Notes under the pieces: model-generated | The model's input: the letters and a program-made list of their open reading frames with translations, nothing else | Database searches by the model: none | What the model was told of the DNA's origin: nothing | Assembly: GCF_009914755.1 (NCBI RefSeq) | Contig: NC_060933.1 | DNA: 64,000 bases | Source of the DNA: the human T2T-CHM13v2.0 reference genome, Homo sapiens | Strand: one strand, 5' to 3' | Made by a program: the position numbers and the translations under genes | In this document: positions 53,741-64,000 of the stretch, in pieces | Layout: each line of letters begins with the position of its first letter | Position numbering within the stretch: position 1 is the stretch's first letter

Positions 53741-56034
53741 CACTGGAGAACTCAGTGTACCACAAGGAATTTCAATAGTCTTGCGAGAGGTGTTAAGAAG
53801 TCATTTAACAAAATTTATACTTTTTTCCCTTGTTTTTTTCTCCCCTCCTTTTTTTTTTTTCCCACTGATGTGCTATCTACTGTGTCAAAAGCAAACTTTC
53901 CAAGATTTTCAAGTTACATATAATGGCAACTCTAATCAATTCAACATAATTATTTACTGAGTTTCCCTTATATGCAAGACCCATTGTGTCAATTTTAAGA
54001 CTTTACTTCTCAAAACTTTTTTACCTAAAAATCCCAAATGCAGAGAATAAAACCTCTTACCCTCAAGGTTTTGGGGATAGAACTCCCAAACAACCCACAG
54101 ACATAACATTATTTGAAGTTTTTTGCTTTATCTTACGTGTGATTTTTCATTGAACTTTAAACTATGTAAACATAATCTTAAATTCTTGCTGTAATAGTAT
54201 TAAAGGTAAGGAATTCCTATTATTCCTACTAAAAGTCCTTGAGTAAAATTGACACTTAAGGAAGATGAACAAAATTTATAAGTGGTTACTTAACTTTTCT
54301 TAAAATGTCAATTTAGCTATTGGAGATAATCATTAGTCAGTGATTAATTGAAAACTGACCAGACAGAAAATAAGGACATTGGAGTCCTGAGGAGGGAAAA
54401 AACACATAACCTCTGCATTTGTATTTGAAATCCCAATGCTAATGTACAATTATACTTTCCATTTTAAAAGAAAATAGATTTTATTAATACTCTGAATACA
54501 AATATCTTGAAAATTAAAATATTATTTTGAAAGGGTTAAAGATTGACATATGCTACCATATTAAAAAGATTTTAATCAGATTGCCAATAAAAATTTAAAA
54601 GTTTAGTTTGTAAATACAAACATAAACGCATTTTCACCAATTCTTTTTTCTAGTAGATCTTTGATTTCTGTCCTTCCTGATGTCAGTTTCTTTTTCAGAA
54701 AAATTCTCTTCAATTTTCTTAATATTCAAATAGTATTTTAAAATGTTTACGACAGATGGAACTGCCCCTCGACTTTAATTTTAGTTATGACCATTTACTG
54801 CAGTTGTTCCCAAACTTGTATTTAAATTGTGATAAGTTTTAATATAAAACTTTAATTATTAACATGGAAGTGTAATCAAAACATAATGTGGCACAGGAAA
54901 GCAGTTTGTAGGTATTATATACTAGTATGCCATTTTTGTTTAAAATGTATTGCAAATATTTGGGAGGAGTATATAATAAATTATTAACAGTGGTTATTAG
55001 CATATATTTTCTGTTTTTTAATGAGCAAAACAATTTTAATCACTGAAACAAGAAAAGTATTTAAAATAGCACCTAGAATAGTATTTTGCTATGCTCTGGT
55101 GTTAGGATGTTTACTTTTGAGGATTTTGATTTCAGGTGCTCCTATCTTTGGAGCACTGATGTTAGATTCGACCTATCTTCTTCGTATCTCCTACTTTCAA
55201 CTCCTTTGCAAATATGTACTTAGGTTAGTATTAAGCTTGGGATTTGAGGGGAAGAACTTCAGCTTTTAAAACAACCGAACTCCATTTGAAAGAAGTTTGC
55301 CATTAATGTCTCCCCTTGGTTTTATTTATGTTTACAGGGATGTGGTCACTTAGCACATGTATATAGGGTAAATGCAAACCATAATATAATACTAGGGCAG
55401 ATGTATGCTACTACCACAATTCAGTGGAGGAAGTTCTGTGTTCATAGTAAGTTTCTTTCTTCAGAAACTCAAACCCTTGCTGTCTGTCCATTGATAAGAA
55501 CTGATAGGCTAGTTTAGGTAACCTAAGACATACAGATGCACTTTATTTCTCTGAATATTATTTTCCTCTTTCTTTTCACTTTTAAGGCTCAATCCTATGC
55601 CTCTGGAATCCTAGTATAATTCCTCCTGTATTTGTTTCTCAATTTGTTCTTTTGCAGTAGTCTATCCATTCATGTGGATGAACGTCACTCTGGATAGAGG
55701 AAGGGCAATCCCAGGCAATCATACACATAAAATCAAATGTCCTTCATTTTTTCCAGAGGGATTCTGGATTTTCCACAGAGGATCAATGCTACTTCTTTGG
55801 CATCTTGTTCACCCAGGAATGTATAGCCTGTGTTTGCTAGTGATTTACAAAAATAAAAACAAAGTTTTGTCCCACATTTCCTACAAATAACGTTTTATTG
55901 GTTATGCTTTTTCAAAGCATTGATCTCCTTACTGTGTAATGCTCAACTCAATTCAGTTGAAATATTACAGAGTTTCACACTCTAACTACCTCTAAATATC
56001 AATTTGAGGGTAAAGGAAAATAATGAAAGAATCA

Positions 56035-56240
56035 CAATGTAGTGAAAAGAGCACAGGCTTTAGGGTCAGACAGATCTGGGTCTGAGTTACCTCTCTTGTT
56101 CACTGTATGACTGTGGTCAAATCATATGACCCACCTGAGCCTCAGTTTCCTCATCTGCAAAGGGCAGATTGTGATACCATCTACAGTGAGGATTGACAGT
56201 GCATGCAGAATATCTGACACATGATATGGTAGCTACTATT
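56035..56240 (+). mobile_element. MIR
   Basis: Core ctgagcctcagtttcctcatctg. Confidence 0.8.
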
Positions 56241-57155
56241 GGAATTTATGAATATGAAAGTATTTTATAATTTACCAAGTGCTTTATAAGTGAGGAGTTA
56301 AGACTCTCCTTCTTCTGAAAACTTTCCATCTCGATTCTTCTCAGATTCATATGCCTGAAGCACCAAACTGCTTGGCATTTACCAAGATCCATAATCTTGT
56401 CCCCTTTCCTTTCATTTATTTTGGAACTGTAGTTACTGACTTCTCCTCTTCTTTTCTCCCCACCTCGGCACCCCGGTGGAGCTCCTTGTCTGAATTCTGC
56501 TTGAGCACTCTGTATTTGTTTCCATGCACAGATGTATATGTTTAAGTGTGTATCTTTTCTCCCCAGCCAGCACTTAACACAGTATGTTGCTCATGATGCT
56601 TTGCTCCTTACTGCATGTTGATATTGGGATTCAACAGAAAATATATGGTCCATAGACTTTGGCTTGGATATACTGGCCGTCATGAGGGACTTGGAATGAA
56701 CTTGAGAGTTCAATCTGGTTTGAGTTCTGGCACTGACATTGACCGTCTCTGGGGACTTGCTTAATATCTCAGATTTTTTTTTTTAACTCCAGAGGACACA
56801 AATTAGATTATGGTTGAGAGAATTGTTAAAGATCTGCCTTGGGACAGAGTATTTTCTTACATATGTTAATTTGGATTCCTCTCTGTAACCTCCTCCCCAG
56901 AGTAGATCTTTCTTTTTATATTATATTTTAATTTTCTTCCATGGTAGCATAACCCTTGTCACTTGCCTCACTTTTTTCTACCCACTCAAGTGTCAGCACC
57001 TCACACAATTTAAAAATAGAGATGTTGGGGCTGTTTATTTTTATGCTTGTGTGTTTTAGGGGCAAGTGGGTGGGAACACTGCATCCTAAATTGTCACATT
57101 TCAAAGAAAGTCTTAGTGAATGTATACAAGTTGTAAAATAAAGTTTTTATTTTCC

Positions 57156-58138
57156 TGTAGTGGACACTATGATTGCCTATCCGGCATTCATTGTCCCCTT
57201 TCCTTTTCCATAAGGATACCCTCAAATTTTCAGGTAGCTGCCCTTCCATCACATATTAGTCTGTTCTCATGCTGCTAATAAAGACATTCCTGGGACTGGG
57301 TAATTTATAAAGGAAAGAGGTTTAATGGACTCACGGTTCCACAGGGCTGGCGAGGCCTCACATCATGGCAGAAGACAAATAAAGAGCAAAAGGGCATCTT
57401 ACATGGCAGCAGGCAAGAGAGAGCATGTGCGGGGGAACTCTGCTGTATAAAACCATCAGATCTCGTGAGACTTATTCACTATCACAAGCACAGCATGGAA
57501 AAGACCGACCCGCATGATTTAATTACCTCCCACTGGGTCCCTCCCATGACACATGGGAAATATGGGAGCTACCATTCAAGATGACATTTGGGTGGGGACA
57601 CAGCCAAACCATATCATATCACGTTGTCCGAGTGCTTGAGACAGGGTACTACAACCAGACTCCTCGGAGAAGGTTGTGTTTGGTCTAAGGCTCGTCAAGC
57701 TCACCCTTTTAAAAAGAATTGTTCAGGAATATAGGCCTAGCCAGGCAGCCTGAATCAGTTCCTCCGTCAGGCAGGGATATGGGATATATATGGGGTTGGT
57801 GAATGCAATGGAGCAGGGTTGTTTGGAACTTTAAGGAATTAGTTTTCTGACCCAGAAGAGATCTGGGTCTTCTTTTAGATTTCAAGTTGTGTGAAATAAA
57901 GCTGAAAAATGTCATAGCCATTTTTTTCTGTCACCAAGGAAGCTATTTTGAACCAACTCAGAGGAGGGAATAGTGAAGGGGAGTCCAGAGAAATAAAACT
58001 GAAATACTGGGTTCAGCCTAACCTGAGGCCTAACGTGCCTCATGGCTTGCACTTAAGAGAGCCTAAGCCTTGTTATTTCAGTCAGTTTGAGTCAGGGTTT
58101 GTAATATATGCATCTAAAAGCTTCTTAACATGATATAC
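57156..58138 (+). mobile_element. Old ERVL-type LTR (LTR16/33-like) split by THE1
   Basis: tgtagtggacact...; end gtcagtttgagtcagggtttgt...catgataca-like. Confidence 0.45.
57252..57616 (-). mobile_element. THE1 (MaLR) solo LTR
   Basis: tattagtctgttctcatgctgctaataaagac...ggggacacagccaaaccatatca; TSD catca / tatca. Confidence 0.92.
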
Positions 58139-58186
58139 AATTTTAAAACTGAGGTTTTTCCCTAGAGATAAAAATGTGATCTAGAT

Positions 58187-58320
58187 CAGTACTGTCCAAT
58201 ACTACTTTCTGAGATGATATAAATGTTCCGTATAAGTGTAGACACTATTCAAATGTAGCTATAGAACAATTAAAAAGTGGCTAGTACAATTCAGGAACTA
58301 AATTTCTAATTTTATTTAGT
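58187..58320. mobile_element. MER3-like hAT fragment
   Basis: cagtactgtccaatactactttctgagatgat...gtggctagt...ggaactaaattt. Confidence 0.6.
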
Positions 58321-58324
58321 TCTT

Positions 58325-60071
<1,747 letters not shown>

Positions 60072-61754
60072 GGAGAGAGGCAGAGCAAGATGGAGGAAAA
60101 GAATGCTCCACTGATCGTTCCCTACACAAGGACAACAATTTATCTACACGAAAAACAAAACAAACAAAACAGACAGACAAACAAAAAAACACCTTTAGAA
60201 GAACCAGAAGTTAGATGAGCCCTCACAGTAGCTAGTTTTATCTTTGTATCACTGAGAGAGGCACTGAAGAGATAAGAAAAACAGACCTGAACTGCCACCC
60301 CTCCCCGACCCCTGCAGCAGCAGTATGGTGCAGAGAGCACAGAAATTGTGAGGCCATGAACTCAGTGCTATCCTGTTAGAGCAGAAAGAAAAACCTGGAC
60401 CAAACTCAGCTGACGTCTGCCCATGGAGAGAGCATTGTAACAATTCCTAGCCAGAGGGGAATCCCAGCAGTTGGAACTTGAGTTCCTGCAAACCTTGCCA
60501 CTGAGGGATACAGTCCTCTCTGTCTGTAAATGAATTTGAAAGGCAGTCTAGGACATTAAATCTGCAAAACTTAGGTGAGTCCTAGTCCTGAACTAGGCCC
60601 AGAGCCAGTGGACAGTGACATACTGAGACAGTAGCTGAGGCGGCTAAGGGGGTGCTGTTGTCACCTCCCCTAACCTCAGGCTGCACAGTTCAGGGCTCCA
60701 AAAGCGACCTCTTCTTTTTGCTTGAGGAGAGGAGCGAGAATACTGGGGAGGACTTTGTCTCGAGTCTTGGATACCAGCTCAGCTACAGCTGGATAGGGCA
60801 CCAGTTAGAGTTGCGAGGCCTGTGTTCCAAGGCCTTGCTCTTGGGTGACATTTGTAGACACACCCTAGGCCAGAAGGGAACATGCTGTCTTGAAGGAAAG
60901 GACCCAGTCATGGCAACATTCATCACCTGCTTGCTAAAGAATCCTTGTGCCCTGAATAACAAGCATCAATACCCAGGTACTACATCAAGGGCCTTGGGTG
61001 AGCCTCTGAGACTTGCTGGCTTCAGGTGAGACTCAGCACATTACCAGCTATGGTGGCTATGGGGCAAAACTCCTGCTTTGGAAAAGCAGAGGGAAAAGTG
61101 AAAGGGACTTTGTCTTGCATCTTAGATACCATCATGGGCACAGGGAGTAGCTCTTGGGGTCCCCAATCCCAGGACTTGACTCTTGGATGACAGTTCTGGA
61201 CTTGCCCTGGGCCGGAGGGAAGCCCACTGCCCTGAAGGGTGAGTCCCAGGCCAGGCAGCATTTACCACAAGCTGACTTAAGAGTCTTTGGGCCTTAAGGA
61301 ACATCAGAGGGAGGTAGTCTGGCAGTTCTTCTGTGGCCTAAGGTGGTGTTCACTATGGAATGAGGCTCCTCTGCCTTTGGAAAGGGGAGGGAAGAATGGG
61401 AAGGACTACATCTTTTAGCTTGAGTGTCAGCTCAGTGGCAGTATAACAGAACACCAGGTAGAGTTCTAAGGTTTTTGACTCTAGTCCCCGACTCCTGGAT
61501 GGTACCTCTGGACCTCCCTGGGGCCTGGGAGACCTCACCATCCTGAAGGGAAAGACACAGGCCTGCCTGGCTTTGCCAACAGCTAATTATGGGGCCCCAG
61601 GGCCTTGAGCAAACATGGAAAGTAGCCAGGGAGTGGTTACAGCAAGCTTTGGGCAAGACCCAGCGCTGTGCTTGCTTCAGGTCTTACCCAGTGGAATCAT
61701 AGTGGTGTTGGCCACAGGGATACTTGTTACTCCACCCTCAGATTTAGGTGGCTC

Positions 61755-61801
<47 letters not shown>

Positions 61802-64000
61802 ACTCTATGTTTGGGAGAAAGTAAGGGAAGAAAACAAGAGTTTCTGCCTGATTATCAAGATAGTTCTTCTGGATCTTGTCCAAGACTATCAAGGTGGCGC
61901 CTCTACTAGTCTGCAAGAACCACAGTGCTACTGGGCTTGGGGTATCCCCTAGAGCAATTATAGTTTGGATCACAACACCTAAGTCATTTCAAATATCTGG
62001 AAAGCCATTCCAAGAAGGATGGATACAAATAAACCCAGACAGTGAAGACTACAATAAATACCTAACTCTTCAATGCCCAGACACCAAAGAACATTTACAA
62101 GCATCAACACCATCCAGGAAAACATGACCTTATGAGATGAACTAAATAAGAGACTAGGGACCAATCTTGGAGAAACAGATATGTGAATTTTCAGACAAAA
62201 AATTCAAGTAGTGTTATGGATGAATCTCAAAGATAAATTCAAGATAACACAGAGAAGGAATTCAGAATTCTATTAGATAAATGTAACAAAGAGATTGAAA
62301 TAGTTAAGCAGAATTAAGCAGAAATTCTGGAGCTAAACAATGCAACTGGCATGCTGAATAATGCTTCAGAATCCTTTAAGAGTAGAATGGATCAAGCAGA
62401 AGAGAGAATTAGTGAGCTTGAAGATAAGCTATTGGAAAATACAGTCAGAGGAGACAAAAGGTAAAATAATAAAAATCAATGATGCACTCCTACAGGATCT
62501 AGAAAATAGCCTCAAAAGGGCAAATCTGAATTATTGGCCTTAAAGAGGAGGTAGAGAAACAGATAGGGGTAGAAAGTTTATTCAGAGGGATAATATAGCA
62601 GAGAACTTCCCAAACCTAGAGAAAGATATCAATATCAAAGTTCAACCTCAAAAAAGACTACCTCAAGGCATTTAATAATCAAACTCTCAAAGGTCAAGGA
62701 TAAAGAAAGGATACTTAAAGCAGCAAGAGAAAAGAAACAAATAACATAAAATGGAGCTCCAGTATGTCTGGCAGCAGACTTTTCAGTGGAACCTTTACAT
62801 GCCGGGAGAGAAAGTTATGACATATTTAAAGTGCTGAAGGAAACAAGACTTTCACCCTAGAATAGTATATTTGGTAAAAAATATCCTTCATACATGAAAG
62901 AGAAATAAAGACATTTCCAGACAAACAAATGCTGAGGGATTACATCAACACCAGACCTGTCCTACAAGAAATGCCTAAGGGAGTACTTTAATCAGACAAA
63001 AAGAAGAACATTAATGAGCAATAAGTAATCACCTGAAGGTACAAAACTCACTGGGAATAGTAAGTACAGAGAAAAACAGAATATTATAACACTGTAACTG
63101 TGTAGAAAGACTAAATGATGAACCAATAAAAATAATAACTAGAACAACTTTTCAAGACAAAGTACAAAGGGTATCAATTAAAAAACCAAAAAGATTAAAA
63201 GAAGAGGAATGAAATTAAGGCATAGAAGTTTTACTAGTTTTCTTTTTGCTTGTTTGTTTATGTAAATAGTGCTGTTATCAGGTTAAAATAATAGGTTATA
63301 AGATAGTATTCACAAGCCTTATAATCACCTCAAACCAAAAAACACAATGAAGACACAAAAAATAAAAGGCAAGAAACTAAATTACATCACCACAGAAAAT
63401 CACCTTTACTAAAGGAAAACAGGAAGGAAAGAAAGAAAGAAGAGAAGACCACAAAACAACCAGAAAAAAAATCATAAAATGGCAGGAGTAAGTCCTTACT
63501 TATTAATAGTAACATTGAATGTAAATGGACTAAAGGTTTGAATCAAAAGACATAGAATAGCTGAATGATTGAAAAAACAAGACCCATTGATCTGTTCCCT
63601 ATGAGAAACACACTTCACCTATAAAAACACACACTGACTGAAAATAAAGGGATGGAAAAAGATATTCCATTTCAATGAAAACCAAAAAAGAGCAGGAGTC
63701 ACTATACTTATATTAGACAAAATAGATTTCAAGACCAAAACTATAAAAAGAGGACTATAAAAAGGAGAAGTCACTATACAATGATAAAGGGGTCAATTCA
63801 GCAAGGGGATATAACAATTTAAAATACATATGCACCCAACACAAGCACCCAGATATAGGAAGCAAATATTATTAAATCTAAAGAGAGAAATAGGCCCCAA
63901 TACAATAATATCTGGAGACTTTGATTCCCTACTTTCAGCATTGGACAGATCTTCCAGGTGGAAAATCATCAAGAAATATCCAACTTATTCTGCACTATAG
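60072..64000 (+). mobile_element. Older L1 (L1PB/L1MA-type): long 5'UTR, decayed ORF1 (~62010-63017), ORF2 start at 63479; continues past the window
   Basis: 5' start gagcaagatgg; ORF1-like gagaacttcccaaacctag and aaagcagcaagagaaaag; ORF2 start ATGGCAGGAGTAAGTCC...TTGAATGTAAATGGACTAAA. Confidence 0.85.
61760..61798. repeat. (GA)n microsatellite
   Basis: Directly visible. Confidence 0.95.

Overview
AT-rich primate genomic DNA, most likely human given AluY and an L1HS-like fragment. It is intergenic or deep-intronic and dominated by transposable elements. I found no intact cellular protein-coding exon, tRNA/rRNA gene or CRISPR array; the only long ORF (9943..11217, 424 aa) is a piece of LINE-1 ORF2. 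Main contents: an LTR12 end, a two-LTR pol-less ERV1 provirus (14961-20888), and a Tigger1 transposon split by a C2H2 zinc-finger processed pseudogene (29763-31177). There is also a 3'-truncated L1PA7/8-like element carrying a MER11 solo LTR, an older L1 running off the right edge, THE1/MLT LTRs, MER58, ~17 Alu copies or fragments, and L2/MIR relics. The most unusual item is a 1.38-kb internal L1HS-like ORF2 segment with no 3'UTR or poly(A) but a perfect 14-bp target-site duplication, which fits internal priming. Other notable items are two further young L1 3' insertions sharing a variant base, a degenerate ~31-32-bp tandem array at 49.3 kb, and a possible ancient hAT transposase relic at 5.3-6.1 kb. 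I did not find convincing evidence of a new biological system. Subfamily names are recalled from consensus sequences, not from a database search.
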